59,472 nucleotides of DNA from a virus (IMGVR_UViG_3300010354_000097:1-59472), one strand, 5' to 3'; counted from the first letter of the stretch, positions 35,744 to 47,887 are shown. The notes: a model not told the origin generated them from the sequence alone. Made by a program: numbers and translations.

Positions 35744-38700
35744 TCAATTTGATGGATCGTAACTGTACTTAGTTTTTAAGAAGCCCGCCTGTGTAGTAAT
35801 ACTATCAAATAACTTAGTTCCAGTTTGACTCCATACAACCGAATCGGCGTTATCGATTACTTGTTGTTGACTTGCATCCGAAATTAAACTGCCAGATGCG
35901 TGAATCTCCGGTATACCTGTTCCACTTACTCCTCTTGTTAGTTGTCCTAATGTATGAGTAACATAATTTATTGTCCAATAAACTATTTTCTCTCCGTTTA
36001 TAAAAACAATACCGGGGATATTATCGGTCGATGACGGCTGTATAAAATTAGTCGAATCGGTTAATTTAATTTCCGTGTCATAATAGTTTAGTGGCTCTGC
36101 TAAAGTAGTTGTATGATCTCCGCTAATACGATAGTAGAATCTATAATCTTTAAGATTGTCAAGCACTGTCACAAAACTTCCAGAAGGATGATTGACTGCC
36201 CCGGCTCCACGTATCATGCCGCTGATAATTCCTGATCCGGGATTATAATTAGTGTATTGTATAGTTTCTCCATTGATTACAATTGTTGGATTGTATGTGG
36301 CCTGCGGTCCCGAAAATGGTAGCATAACTGCACTATTTTCGTAAGTAATAACTTTAACCGATGTAGCAGAATTACTTAACGATTCTGCCAATTGCACAGT
36401 CGGTTGCGGATTCAAATTCGAATCTGTAGTGTTGCAATTCATAGTATGAAATACTCGGAATCCGATAAAGTTTCCGGAATCTTCTGTGAAAACTCTAATC
36501 TCTAATGTATCATATATTCTACCCGGTATTAATTCTTCGGGTGCATGACTGTTAAATGTATCAACAAATTTTCCGCCATGAACATTAATATCTTCGGCTC
36601 GAGTTCCGAGACTAGTATCCAAGAAAGAACTTCTATAGAAAACATCTATATTTTCTAACTCGGGCTGCGGTGCTCCTTCATATTCGATATCGTATACAGT
36701 AACTTGTTCTCCAGCAAACTCACCGGTTCCTTGTACTCTAACACCTGAATAATCTACTCCTGAGAATAGTTGTTTAACATCATTGGGTGTCATTCCTGTG
36801 CCAGGCTGATAATAGTAATAAGCACGTTCCATAGCTGATCGAAGTTCTGCTATACCGATTTCTTTATAATTAAATCTTTTAACTGTACTACCGATCGAAT
36901 GAGCTGCTGCGGTAGAATCTAATTTAGCTCTTGTTACCCCTTCGAATCTATTGAATGCTAATGTGATATAATCATATTGGAATATTTCGTCATCGATGAT
37001 AAAATAACCACCAGTTGATTCAAATCCGCTTATGCTTACTACATCAATGTAGGCAGGATTTGACTCGTCGGTTAGTGCAGTGAGTAACGTGGTAGTTGGT
37101 GCCGTAGTAAACGTTGCTCCTGAAGTAAAATCGTTGTAGGTTAAATAAAATTTATTTTCGTGAACAAAAATATCATTGTTTACATAAGATGTATTTGCTT
37201 GCCAGTTTTGTATTTGGCCGGTATATGCAATACGATCAAACTTAATAGTTGTAGCAATACTTCTCACTGTTTTATTTGTTAATCTTGCTATTAACTGAGC
37301 TGAATTTCCAAAATCCGCCGGCACTACTGTGATAGTAGGCACTTCCATAAAATCGCCGCCGCCATTGACTATTGTAACACCAGTGATAATTCCTCCTTCG
37401 ACGGTAGCTCTTAGTCTTGCTTTTCCGTTTCCTCCATTTACTATTAGTGTTGGTTCTTTAAAATAATCGCCTCCACCATTGATTATTTCTACATTTTCTA
37501 TGTAAAAACTATGATTTTGATTCCACAAAGAATACGGTTGTTGTTCTAATAATTCAGTATCAGTTTCTGTATCAATTGATCTGTATCTTCCTAATTCCGG
37601 ATCGTAATATGCAGGTAAATCAAAATCTGATAAGGAAAGAGGTGCTATATCGTCACCTTCATATCTTAAGAGATATTCTCTAATTTTTGTTCGATATGGT
37701 TTAACTTCTTCGATATAAGATCGATAATAGTCTTGATTATCTCTGACATAACTAGGATATTGATCTAAACGACGAAGATTGTGATTCACAGAAATAAAAC
37801 TAGTTTTAAATAACCAATCAGGCTGTTTCTGCTCGTAGAAAATATATTCAAACATAGCAAAAATCGATCCGACGAAAATATATTTTAAATCATCAATAAG
37901 AATGTCATTACGGAGAGTTTCTATCATTGTTCTGAATGCAATAGTTGGATTATAGTCGAATCGAATCGAGTCAAAACTAAGAATATCTAATCCTATACCG
38001 GCACTAGTAGGATCATATATTAACGAATTAATTTGAATAGTTCCATTACCTATTCCTTTGGGATCATATGATAAACCTGATTTTTGATAAATTCCCCAAT
38101 TCCCGTCCCCGATATTATTAATGCGAACGATCTCACCTTCTTGTACATTATATCCGGCCAATTCCGAGAAGGTGTTAATTATATAATTAGGAATTGTTTT
38201 TTGATTAAATTCATCAGCATACCAATCCGAGAAAGCCCAGTAGTCATCTAAATTGTATTGTTGTACTTGTATAGCAGTTAGTTCTCCGTCATCAATTTGG
38301 TATAATGCCCAATTGCCCATATACTCGCTGCTACTATGAACTAGAACAACTGTACCGTTGTCCAATGAAGTCAAATCTATAGAAATCAATTCTTCATACG
38401 AATCAAATTCTAATGTATAACCCAGGGTCGGCTCAGGATCTTTTTGATATAAATTTGTTATGTCCTTAGACCCCACTATAATGTTTTTTTGTAATTCTCT
38501 ATTAATGTAATTAACAAAGATTTTAGAAGCTGCTAATCTATCTACAAACATTGTTTGTCGAGGACGAATAGATATTCCATATCTCATATTGTCAGACAAT
38601 GTAGTATCAGGAACTTCTCTTAATTCGTTGCCCACTACACTATTTCCTAACAAACTATCAACTAATTTAGTTACTAAAAACTCAGGAATAGTTTCGTCGT

Positions 38701-41700
38701 TTTTCTCTCTGATTATTTGCCACTCGTGATGTACTGGTAAATCTTTACTAAGCCCTCGACTTGTAATTTTTAGTACTATATCGTTACTACTGAAATATTG
38801 ATTACAATTAAATATTGCCAATGATCTATCATCTAGTACAGCAACATAAGGAATATCTTGTTGAACTGGATCTTGTATAATATTTTTAATTGAGCTAATA
38901 CTGATCGATTTATTAGTTATTGCAGTTATTTTGTCTGTGACCCAAAAATAATATTTGGTTTTTAATAAACCCGACTGTGTATCAACCTGTGTAATTTGAC
39001 TATATCGAGAATCGTCCTCGAATAAAGGAATCCCCGAAAGTCCTCGACTACGATACTGAGAGGGAAGAACCGGACTTTCAACCCATTCGCATATTTCGAC
39101 CTGACTTCCTTCAAACAATTTGCCCCAATTTCTTAAACGGTATTCTCTATTAGACTGTTGATAATCAATATACCTTATCTTGTCTAAATTCCACCAAACT
39201 TTACCGATCTGATAGCTTGACCAAAAATAATCAGAATCTGATGTTGTACTGTTTATTTTATTATAAACAGCTGGATCAAATGACGATTTAAAATCTAAAA
39301 ATTGATCCGCAACCCCTAACACTTTACCTCTGGCAGGGTCAATATGATCCAAATATGTCACTAAAGAATTTGTTCTTTTATTGTAAAGATAAAAATTATC
39401 AATACTATTTAGATCTACAATTTGTCCTTGCGATCTAACCAGACTCCAACCTTTCTTTCCACTGGGATTTTTGAATATATCGATTTTACCGACCACAGCA
39501 TCTTTTTTGCTCAACATTATAGCAGAATTATTTCCAATGGCCATAACTTTGTTAAAATCGGGATCGTCTATTAGAGTTTCTGGTATTAAGCTTTGTACAT
39601 AAGCAATTATTGTAGTATCATCGGGATCTGTTAATAAATCATATTCGTATATTGTTCCTGCCTGATCGATTTCATCAAAGAAATTAGTACTATTAGAATC
39701 CCAAGTTGTTTCGTCGGACCACGTTGGTCTGTAAATGATTGTAGTATTGCCTCCTGAAACATAAAATCGTTCAGCATCGGGACTTAATTCAATACTATAA
39801 CCATAATCCTGGTCGGAGTCTCCGGGCTTAAAAATGTTTTGACTAAACTCAAAAATTGTTAATTCGAGATCTTCTAGTCCAGTTCCTAGGCCGGGTAATA
39901 TTCTTAGTGTATTATTAGCCAACACCGAGTCTGCACTGATCGTAATTTTTCCGTTGCTTTGTGATACTGAAATACCAGGTATCGAGGCATTTTCTATATC
40001 ATCGATCACCGATGTCAATGATTGCCCGGTAAAGAAAATTTCAAAATCATTTATTCGAATTGAATGCCCAATAGTTACACAAGAAGACGGAGATGAAATA
40101 ATACCTCCTGTAATAGATCCTTCGATCCGAGACCTATTAACATATCTAGATACTACACCTTTTTTATAAGTCGGTGTTTGATATTCAGGTTGTGAAACAT
40201 AAACACTACAATTATAACTACATAAATTCACTCTACTACCAAATCTCGAATTAGCTTGATCGAGTTCACTAATAAATTCTTGTATTAAATTAAATTGATT
40301 GTTTTCTATTTCTACTATATCTCCGCCATTCAATGTGTAAGTGAATGTGATAGTATCCGAATCGGTTCTGACATAATCAACTAGATATTCTTTAAGTAAT
40401 CCGTTGACTCTTACATCAAATAAAGGCTGCGAACCCGACAATTGTAAACTTCTTTCACAATCAAAAACAGTCGACCCTTGCAACGAAGTAAATGCCTCAA
40501 CTGTCCGATCATATATGAATATTTTTCCCGAATCGGAATTTCTACCAGGTGCACCAACAATTAATTGTCTACCGTCGGTACTACATTTAATATCGTATCC
40601 AAACTCGTCGCCGGCGGATGGAGAAGGCTCAGTAATTTCTCCGGCATACACATAGTGACTGTCTTTAAATATTGTATATTCTGTTGTTGCTGGTACTGTA
40701 AAAGTAATCGAATCATTAGTACCAGTGATTGTGTAATCAATACCTTCCGCTAACCATTGTTCACTAGATGTCTCGTAAACACGTATAGCTTGCGATGATA
40801 AAGGATCTACTGTCCAATTTAAACTATAAGTTACTGTAGGAGCTGTAGTAGAGAGCGTAAACAATTCTCTAGGAACTTCGTATCTTTTAAATCGTCTTAC
40901 TTTATTATCTCCGGGTACTCCAGCATAAAGCCATCTCTGATCCTCGCTGACTGACATAGAGTAACCAAATTTACCAGTACTAGCATTACCCCCTAATAGG
41001 ATCTGATCTAAATAATATGCTTGCCCAACTAGTTTATATACTGCAATATATCCCCTATTAGAACTATATCCATAGCTAGAAATAAACATTCTATTGTTTG
41101 TTAATTCGACGCTATGACCAAAATAAGTAGATCCCGACAAAGGCGGGGCTATTGTTAGTCTATATGGAGTACTAGCTATATTATAATATTCGACAATCGG
41201 ACTACTCTTAGGAACACCAATGGCTAACATTCTTTCGTTAGGAGATAGTTTGGCTATTCTTCCCCAATTACTATCAGTTATAGTTGTATTAAATGTCGAA
41301 TCCCATTGCCACGGGCTAGATTTCTCGTATACATTACTGTTATTAGGATAAGTTACATAAACTAAATCGCCATCCATCCAGTTTGATTTATCGCCGACAT
41401 CTGTTAACCTATCTAATTTCATTGATTCTAATTTAAAAATTATTCCCGAAGATTCGACGGTGACTGCTGACTCTAAATATGCAGTTCGGGTTCCGCCGGT
41501 TATTACAGTAACAGAATATAAAGAATCAACACTTAAAACTTGATAAACACCGTCTAGTATATCATCAAACCCTTTTACAATAATTATTTCTTCTTCGCTT
41601 AAATCGTGACGATTGTAAAAAACAAATTCTGCTGTATTGTCAACTCCGTAATTTATTGTTGTTAAGAGATTGTCAGTATTGACTGTTTGGTATATATTCC

Positions 41701-44700
41701 ATTGACTAGAAAAATCTTTTGCAGTCCAAATTTTATACCCAGTATCAATATTAGATACTAAACTACTGGGTTGATTTATAAGATCTCTAAAATTGAATAT
41801 AGCATAATCTGCTTCGTCTGGTCTTACCGGCCCGGCGGTTACAATATCCTGATCGTATATTCCATCTTGATTGTTTCTATAATTAAATAAATTTCCAGAG
41901 AAATCGGTTTCTTTGCTATACAGATCCGCTACACTATAAGATCTAAACATATCACCCGAGCCGGTTTCATTCGAACTTAAAATTTCAACACCAAAAGGAT
42001 TAGAATCTCTCAGTTGCTCATTGATGATTACTTCGGTAATTTTTTTATTAGATACAGCACCAAAAGACCCTACACGAACTGCCCACTCTTCGTAAAAATC
42101 TATATCTCCACCTAACTTATTAAATTGAGCATTTGTTAATGCATTAACTGCATTTCGTGTGCCTTTTTGTTTAATAAATCCTTGATAAAATTTGACCTGT
42201 GTCTTGGGTTCTAAGCTAAAATCGTCGAGGTAAGATCTATTTCTAAATCCAATTAAACTATGACTATAAAGTTCTAAGTTAACATCATAATAATCAGAAT
42301 CCACATCATATATGCTTACAAATTTTTTGGCATCAGCAGAGAAATTTAAAAATAAAGTCGGTGTAGTTGTTGCTGTAGTGTTTAAACTCCAGTCGGCAAA
42401 ATCAAATAAATCCTTCGCTGGAATAAAATCAATTGCAGAATATATTCTGTTTTTAAAAGAAACTAAATCACCTTTTTGATAATCTTTTCCTGCTTGCCAA
42501 TTTGGTATAGATCCGTTTGTATAGATAAACCCAGGAGCAAATAATCGCCCTGCCCAATCGGCTGTTTTTGATCCGACTAATTTTAATCTAAATTGTCTAC
42601 CTCCAACATTGGGATCATAAATTATATCACTAAAAACTGTTTGATTATCTAATAGCAATACGTGTTCGTATTGCACCAAACTTAAATCTGCTAATCCAAT
42701 GATTTTATTTTGAAAAGTTTCTACAACAAAACTATCACTATCACGCACAGTTTCAAATTCTGATCCTTTGATGGAAACAAAATTTTGATCCAGTAATCGA
42801 GATCCTCCCCAGATTCCGTTGATCTCGTCTACTACCGCAGAACTGTCCTCAAGATAAAGTTTTCCAATAGCTGGACTTAGTACAAGTATTGAGTTTTCCC
42901 CCCATCCTTGCTCACTCCATACTAAAAATTCTTGTGAGCTCAAATTCCAATCTTGAGCTTTTTTAAGCTCATCGTTGAATTCATCAAACTTAAATCCTAG
43001 ACTATTGAGATATCGTTGGTAACTAATTAAAAAATCTACTACCTGTTGTCTATTTTGAAATTCATATCCGTAAGGTATTGTTAGATACACTAACTGGTAA
43101 TCTTTATAAATTTTAGCAGACTTTTCTATTCCTTTAATTACTGAATAATTATTGTTACTTCTACTAGGTACAATAGTAAAATATGGATTATGATAATCAT
43201 AACCCTCAACACTATATCCCGTTCTGGTCTTTTTAATAATCACTGCACTGTAAACTGCTCTACGAACAGGAGTAGATTTATGTAATAGAAGTTGATAATT
43301 TTCTGCCGGAACTAAAATAGAATCGTTAGTACTGCCCGGGCTAGTTTGTTCGGCATAAATTTTTAATAAATTTTTATCAGTAAACCCACTGAGTTTATAA
43401 CTTAATCTTATATCAATTTGATCTAATAATCTACGAACCTCTGCATAGCCCGAAATTCCTTGGCCGTTTAAATAATCTACTATCCAATTTAGCCAACTAG
43501 CACTTCTCTGTATTTGGCCATCAACTGTTGATCCATGGACCACTATCCTCGAAGGTTTAATTCTATCTTTAGTGCCAGAATATAACATTTGATTGAGTTC
43601 GCTAAAGTACAGATATCTATTATTGTCTATCCCTAATCCAAAATATTCAGCCGGTGAAGTTAATGCCAATGCGATCTGCATAGCATAAGGATAATCACTG
43701 CTCATTCTCCATGCTGATTCAACAGGACCCATATCACCGACTGCCCAACTACTAGCTGTATTGTTTCCGTTAAAATTTTTAATTAAGAACGTATCTGGAG
43801 TTTTTAAATCTCCGTATTCGTCCACAGGAATTATTCTACTCAGTCCCGGTCTAGAAAATCTCGAATCAATTCCTATTCTGGTTCCTTGTCTAATATAACC
43901 GTTTTCTAAATCAGTCCAAAGAATACTATTTCCTTTTGTATAAGGAGCAGCACCATATTCTTCGTCCCACCAACTTGGTTTTTCACTAAATCCTAACATT
44001 TCCCAAGGATGACTGTGAGGTCTATCCGTATCGTAGAAATATCTATAAATTCCACGCCAATTTCCAGGCAAAACTTCATTATCTAAAACACTGGTGGATT
44101 TTTTAAAATTCCAAGTTTTAGAATTATTACTATCATAAAATTGATTAGTAATATAATCTAACTGGTTTGATCCTACCCATTTAAGAAAATTACTCGAAAT
44201 AATTAAATCAAACTCATTCTTTGTAAATTTTGAAACTCGAAATTTACCAGGAAGTATATTCCACATAACACTACGATTTTCTATATCGTACTGAGTTTTT
44301 AGATTGTTAAATATTCTTTTTTCTAATTCTAATAAAAATAAATCTCTATAATCGTTGAAAGCCGGGGTGATACTTCCGTCATGCCCCTGTATTACCGAAA
44401 TAGGTTCACTAAACCTATCATCTAAATAAATTTTAGGTTCAAATTTGGGATAAAGACCTAATTTAGTTGGTGTCTCAGGAACAAAATTACCATCGGTGTT
44501 AGTATATTCTACGATAGTAATAATATCATTTAACGATCTTGATAACTCAGGCAATAATTTGATTGCTGGTAAAGTTTGACTTACTTCGTAATCTTTATTT
44601 TTGATTAGTTGCTCAGAATTTAGATAAACTAATACCGCTCGATTACTAGCTGCCGACTCGCTTATAATCGATTCAATTTGATAATATTCTATATCTACAT

Positions 44701-47700
44701 CTAATACTGTATAAGAATAAGTGGTCCGATTGTCTCCATAAGGAACCATATCACTATAGTACCATGGACTATCTGTTGCTCGAGCCAGTACTAATTGCTT
44801 GAGTATTTCGTCTACATGTTCAGCGACTTTGGTTTGATCGTAGAAGTTGACCGACTTAGCACGTTCAAGAAATCTATTTTTAAATTTGTTATATTCCTTC
44901 TGAGCGTACTGTACACCTTGAATAAAATTAGCTTTTTGATGTGTTAAAAATAGTCCTCCGTAGATCATCGGTGAACTATGCTGTAATATTGTTCCTGATA
45001 TTTGACTATAATCTAAATCTTTAGAATTATTATTTCCTAATTCTACTCCAACTAAATCTTGTAAACTAGAAAATACTTCTTTAACATGAGAACGAATTTG
45101 TCCCAATGTTAATTCACTAAAATCATCGTTTAGTGCATTGTTTTCTAAATTTGACGGTATTTGATAAAATCCACTATTATCCGTTTGATCGCTATAGATT
45201 AGTATATCGATTTTACTATCCGCTTCTGGAACACGATCCAAAACTATAGTAGTTTTATTATCAGCGATAGTGATTACTATATTGTCAAAATTTTCTAATT
45301 CGTTGTCTATATAAACTTTAACCGGGGTGTTTACTCCTGAAGTGCTTACAATAAGATTATATGTAAACGAATCTTTGATACCATCTCCGATTTCCGAAAA
45401 TAATTGATATTGTTGAGTTTTATCGACGGAGCTTGACCAAACATTTATTTTTTGTTGTTCGGTCCTAGAAATATTTTTTCCTAAAAATCCTACACTAACA
45501 TCGCTGGTAGTTAAAAGATTGTCAATCTGATAATTAAATCTGTCTACTTCAAAATTATTTGTAAATTCGATGTCGCCGACATTTCCTAAATTACGATACG
45601 AAAGAGGAAATCCTAATACACTGTCGTCGGTCCCGGTACCTACTTTATAAGAAAATAAACTAGTACCAACGAAATTACTGAACTGCCACTCAGATAAACT
45701 CAGTCCTTCGATATCAAAAACATCAAATAATGGTTTCTGTTGAATCGTTGATTTAATTTGACTCTGAAACCATTGATTATTTTGATAATGATAATATTTG
45801 TTAGCATAAAATCCGTTAGTAACTTCTACGTTCTGATATTCTTCCACCACTGCGTATGGTGTCAATATAATAGTATCGTTGCCATCTAATTCTACAATAG
45901 AAATTTCGTATATAGTTTTTTTTACATCGTTGTCAGTATCAGCACCAAATATAATTTTCATACCCGAGGTTAATGTAACATCCTGAAACACTAATGTAGT
46001 TAAAGGATTGGTAGTAAGATCAGTGGATCCAGCAAAAGTAATTATTGTTTCTGTGCCAAAGGCATCGGTGTAGGTATTATCATAGAAATCAACTTGAGTA
46101 ATAAACTCTCTGCCAAAGTTGAATAACTGCAAGTCCGACTCAAATTCAATTATTGGTCGTTTTGCTCGATAAGATTGATTTAATATCATTGGTACTTTGT
46201 TATAGTTGGCAGAACTTAATATTGTGCGTTGATGGAACCAGCGATTAGTTCTACTCCAAAGATTTTTGTCTCTGCTTCCTCGATTGATAGTTATGTAATC
46301 GATGTTATCATAAAATTCGTAATTAATTCCTTTACTAGTTCCTGGTTCATCGAATGTTGTTCCTGAAGTAAAATCTGTAGTTACTTTATAGGCTATTTTA
46401 TCATAAAGAAATAAATCATCTACAGAATATGCTGTTGATGATTCCCAATCAGCAATTAAATCTTCTACTTTAATTAAACGAATACTTTTTCCAACACCTT
46501 CGATATAGTATTCATTATTAGCATAGGACGAGGGCGTTACCGAATTATCAAATCCGATTTTAAGTCCGTTTTCAAATTTTATACCATTGGGGCTTGTATA
46601 TTCGGTCTTACCTAATATTTCCGATTCTATATCGATAACAGTTGTTTCTAAATCAACTAAACGTATACGGCCGGATAAATTAGGATTAGAATCATTTTGA
46701 TAAAATAATATATCTTGATCAGCTGTAATAATAGGATATTCTACTAAACTATTTCCCGATCTATACCATTGCAATCCGCCGTAATTTTCTCCGTTGTTTA
46801 CAAAAATTCTAGTATCTGTTATTGTATTATGGACATTTATTAATGTAACAAGATAATCAGTAGTTAATTCTATTAGTTTAATTTGGAATACATTAGCTCG
46901 ATTAGTCAACGAGATAGTTTGACTAGGATATCCCGGTAATGGATTATCGTTCTCATCTAGTGCAGCAATACTAGTCCAATTTCCCCCGGTGTTCTCGGGG
47001 TCTAAAAATATAATATATTTGTTATTTAAATCTCCGACATATCCATCGATTGATTCATAGTCGCCGAGCACATCACTAAGCAGTCTATTGGCTAGTTGAT
47101 TATACGATAATGTTGTGGCTAAGTCGGCGTTAAATCCAACCGGCATATTTTTAAATGAGTCTTGATCGCTAGATAGTGGAACATTAAAAACTACAGTACC
47201 AGTATTAACACCGTTATTCACAACACCAAAAATTTCTCGTGTTGAAATGTTAGGATTGTTTACACTAACACCTGATCCTAATTCTGTTTGAATATAAAAT
47301 TTACTTCCGCTATGTCCAACAGCAAAACTATAAGATCCGCCACGTCGTAAAATTATTTCGGGATTTTTATTGGGATCAGTATCAAACAAATAACCATTGT
47401 TTTTATTATTAACTGTTACTACAAAATCTTTTTCCAATGGAACATAATCTAATCCCACTTCAACTACATCTGGTCCATTTGGCAACCAATAATACTGTGT
47501 AAAATTGACCAGCTTATCTAAGTCAAAGTGTCCATTATAACTATAATTTTGATTAGCAAACAATCTGCTATGAGCATTTGTTATGCCACCATTGAAATTA
47601 ATTTGCTGTAATATATCGGTATAGTTAGCATAAAATTCTGCCATACCCCGATCGTCTGATATTACAATGCTGGGTTCCAGTTGATAATTTTGACGATCTG

Positions 47701-47887
47701 AAGTATTTTCGATTACATATTTGTCGTCACGTCGCGATACTGGAGAAAATTGTCTTCCAATATAGCCGTTGAATTTTTTCAACCTTGGTTCAGACATTAA
47801 TTGATCTAAGGTAGCACCCAAGAATCTTTTATTTGCTGACGTTTTTAAATATTCTGGTAAAAAATCTAAAGTTTTACTGTTTGCCAT
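35744..47887 (-). CDS. Giant (4047 aa) baseplate/tail structural protein
   Basis: Uninterrupted 12.1 kb ORF downstream of the baseplate wedge gene; FG-GAP-like propeller repeats and CBM5/12-like W..G..Y..GD repeats. Confidence 0.75.
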   Translation of the reverse strand: MANSKTLDFLPEYLKTSANKRFLGATLDQLMSEPRLKKFNGYIGRQFSPVSRRDDKYVIENTSDRQNYQLEPSIVISDDRGMAEFYANYTDILQQINFNGGITNAHSRLFANQNYSYNGHFDLDKLVNFTQYYWLPNGPDVVEVGLDYVPLEKDFVVTVNNKNNGYLFDTDPNKNPEIILRRGGSYSFAVGHSGSKFYIQTELGSGVSVNNPNISTREIFGVVNNGVNTGTVVFNVPLSSDQDSFKNMPVGFNADLATTLSYNQLANRLLSDVLGDYESIDGYVGDLNNKYIIFLDPENTGGNWTSIAALDENDNPLPGYPSQTISLTNRANVFQIKLIELTTDYLVTLINVHNTITDTRIFVNNGENYGGLQWYRSGNSLVEYPIITADQDILFYQNDSNPNLSGRIRLVDLETTVIDIESEILGKTEYTSPNGIKFENGLKIGFDNSVTPSSYANNEYYIEGVGKSIRLIKVEDLIADWESSTAYSVDDLFLYDKIAYKVTTDFTSGTTFDEPGTSKGINYEFYDNIDYITINRGSRDKNLWSRTNRWFHQRTILSSANYNKVPMILNQSYRAKRPIIEFESDLQLFNFGREFITQVDFYDNTYTDAFGTETIITFAGSTDLTTNPLTTLVFQDVTLTSGMKIIFGADTDNDVKKTIYEISIVELDGNDTIILTPYAVVEEYQNVEVTNGFYANKYYHYQNNQWFQSQIKSTIQQKPLFDVFDIEGLSLSEWQFSNFVGTSLFSYKVGTGTDDSVLGFPLSYRNLGNVGDIEFTNNFEVDRFNYQIDNLLTTSDVSVGFLGKNISRTEQQKINVWSSSVDKTQQYQLFSEIGDGIKDSFTYNLIVSTSGVNTPVKVYIDNELENFDNIVITIADNKTTIVLDRVPEADSKIDILIYSDQTDNSGFYQIPSNLENNALNDDFSELTLGQIRSHVKEVFSSLQDLVGVELGNNNSKDLDYSQISGTILQHSSPMIYGGLFLTHQKANFIQGVQYAQKEYNKFKNRFLERAKSVNFYDQTKVAEHVDEILKQLVLARATDSPWYYSDMVPYGDNRTTYSYTVLDVDIEYYQIESIISESAASNRAVLVYLNSEQLIKNKDYEVSQTLPAIKLLPELSRSLNDIITIVEYTNTDGNFVPETPTKLGLYPKFEPKIYLDDRFSEPISVIQGHDGSITPAFNDYRDLFLLELEKRIFNNLKTQYDIENRSVMWNILPGKFRVSKFTKNEFDLIISSNFLKWVGSNQLDYITNQFYDSNNSKTWNFKKSTSVLDNEVLPGNWRGIYRYFYDTDRPHSHPWEMLGFSEKPSWWDEEYGAAPYTKGNSILWTDLENGYIRQGTRIGIDSRFSRPGLSRIIPVDEYGDLKTPDTFLIKNFNGNNTASSWAVGDMGPVESAWRMSSDYPYAMQIALALTSPAEYFGLGIDNNRYLYFSELNQMLYSGTKDRIKPSRIVVHGSTVDGQIQRSASWLNWIVDYLNGQGISGYAEVRRLLDQIDIRLSYKLSGFTDKNLLKIYAEQTSPGSTNDSILVPAENYQLLLHKSTPVRRAVYSAVIIKKTRTGYSVEGYDYHNPYFTIVPSRSNNNYSVIKGIEKSAKIYKDYQLVYLTIPYGYEFQNRQQVVDFLISYQRYLNSLGFKFDEFNDELKKAQDWNLSSQEFLVWSEQGWGENSILVLSPAIGKLYLEDSSAVVDEINGIWGGSRLLDQNFVSIKGSEFETVRDSDSFVVETFQNKIIGLADLSLVQYEHVLLLDNQTVFSDIIYDPNVGGRQFRLKLVGSKTADWAGRLFAPGFIYTNGSIPNWQAGKDYQKGDLVSFKNRIYSAIDFIPAKDLFDFADWSLNTTATTTPTLFLNFSADAKKFVSIYDVDSDYYDVNLELYSHSLIGFRNRSYLDDFSLEPKTQVKFYQGFIKQKGTRNAVNALTNAQFNKLGGDIDFYEEWAVRVGSFGAVSNKKITEVIINEQLRDSNPFGVEILSSNETGSGDMFRSYSVADLYSKETDFSGNLFNYRNNQDGIYDQDIVTAGPVRPDEADYAIFNFRDLINQPSSLVSNIDTGYKIWTAKDFSSQWNIYQTVNTDNLLTTINYGVDNTAEFVFYNRHDLSEEEIIIVKGFDDILDGVYQVLSVDSLYSVTVITGGTRTAYLESAVTVESSGIIFKLESMKLDRLTDVGDKSNWMDGDLVYVTYPNNSNVYEKSSPWQWDSTFNTTITDSNWGRIAKLSPNERMLAIGVPKSSPIVEYYNIASTPYRLTIAPPLSGSTYFGHSVELTNNRMFISSYGYSSNRGYIAVYKLVGQAYYLDQILLGGNASTGKFGYSMSVSEDQRWLYAGVPGDNKVRRFKRYEVPRELFTLSTTAPTVTYSLNWTVDPLSSQAIRVYETSSEQWLAEGIDYTITGTNDSITFTVPATTEYTIFKDSHYVYAGEITEPSPSAGDEFGYDIKCSTDGRQLIVGAPGRNSDSGKIFIYDRTVEAFTSLQGSTVFDCERSLQLSGSQPLFDVRVNGLLKEYLVDYVRTDSDTITFTYTLNGGDIVEIENNQFNLIQEFISELDQANSRFGSRVNLCSYNCSVYVSQPEYQTPTYKKGVVSRYVNRSRIEGSITGGIISSPSSCVTIGHSIRINDFEIFFTGQSLTSVIDDIENASIPGISVSQSNGKITISADSVLANNTLRILPGLGTGLEDLELTIFEFSQNIFKPGDSDQDYGYSIELSPDAERFYVSGGNTTIIYRPTWSDETTWDSNSTNFFDEIDQAGTIYEYDLLTDPDDTTIIAYVQSLIPETLIDDPDFNKVMAIGNNSAIMLSKKDAVVGKIDIFKNPSGKKGWSLVRSQGQIVDLNSIDNFYLYNKRTNSLVTYLDHIDPARGKVLGVADQFLDFKSSFDPAVYNKINSTTSDSDYFWSSYQIGKVWWNLDKIRYIDYQQSNREYRLRNWGKLFEGSQVEICEWVESPVLPSQYRSRGLSGIPLFEDDSRYSQITQVDTQSGLLKTKYYFWVTDKITAITNKSISISSIKNIIQDPVQQDIPYVAVLDDRSLAIFNCNQYFSSNDIVLKITSRGLSKDLPVHHEWQIIREKNDETIPEFLVTKLVDSLLGNSVVGNELREVPDTTLSDNMRYGISIRPRQTMFVDRLAASKIFVNYINRELQKNIIVGSKDITNLYQKDPEPTLGYTLEFDSYEELISIDLTSLDNGTVVLVHSSSEYMGNWALYQIDDGELTAIQVQQYNLDDYWAFSDWYADEFNQKTIPNYIINTFSELAGYNVQEGEIVRINNIGDGNWGIYQKSGLSYDPKGIGNGTIQINSLIYDPTSAGIGLDILSFDSIRFDYNPTIAFRTMIETLRNDILIDDLKYIFVGSIFAMFEYIFYEQKQPDWLFKTSFISVNHNLRRLDQYPSYVRDNQDYYRSYIEEVKPYRTKIREYLLRYEGDDIAPLSLSDFDLPAYYDPELGRYRSIDTETDTELLEQQPYSLWNQNHSFYIENVEIINGGGDYFKEPTLIVNGGNGKARLRATVEGGIITGVTIVNGGGDFMEVPTITVVPADFGNSAQLIARLTNKTVRSIATTIKFDRIAYTGQIQNWQANTSYVNNDIFVHENKFYLTYNDFTSGATFTTAPTTTLLTALTDESNPAYIDVVSISGFESTGGYFIIDDEIFQYDYITLAFNRFEGVTRAKLDSTAAAHSIGSTVKRFNYKEIGIAELRSAMERAYYYYQPGTGMTPNDVKQLFSGVDYSGVRVQGTGEFAGEQVTVYDIEYEGAPQPELENIDVFYRSSFLDTSLGTRAEDINVHGGKFVDTFNSHAPEELIPGRIYDTLEIRVFTEDSGNFIGFRVFHTMNCNTTDSNLNPQPTVQLAESLSNSATSVKVITYENSAVMLPFSGPQATYNPTIVINGETIQYTNYNPGSGIISGMIRGAGAVNHPSGSFVTVLDNLKDYRFYYRISGDHTTTLAEPLNYYDTEIKLTDSTNFIQPSSTDNIPGIVFINGEKIVYWTINYVTHTLGQLTRGVSGTGIPEIHASGSLISDASQQQVIDNADSVVWSQTGTKLFDSITTQAGFLKTKYSYDPSN

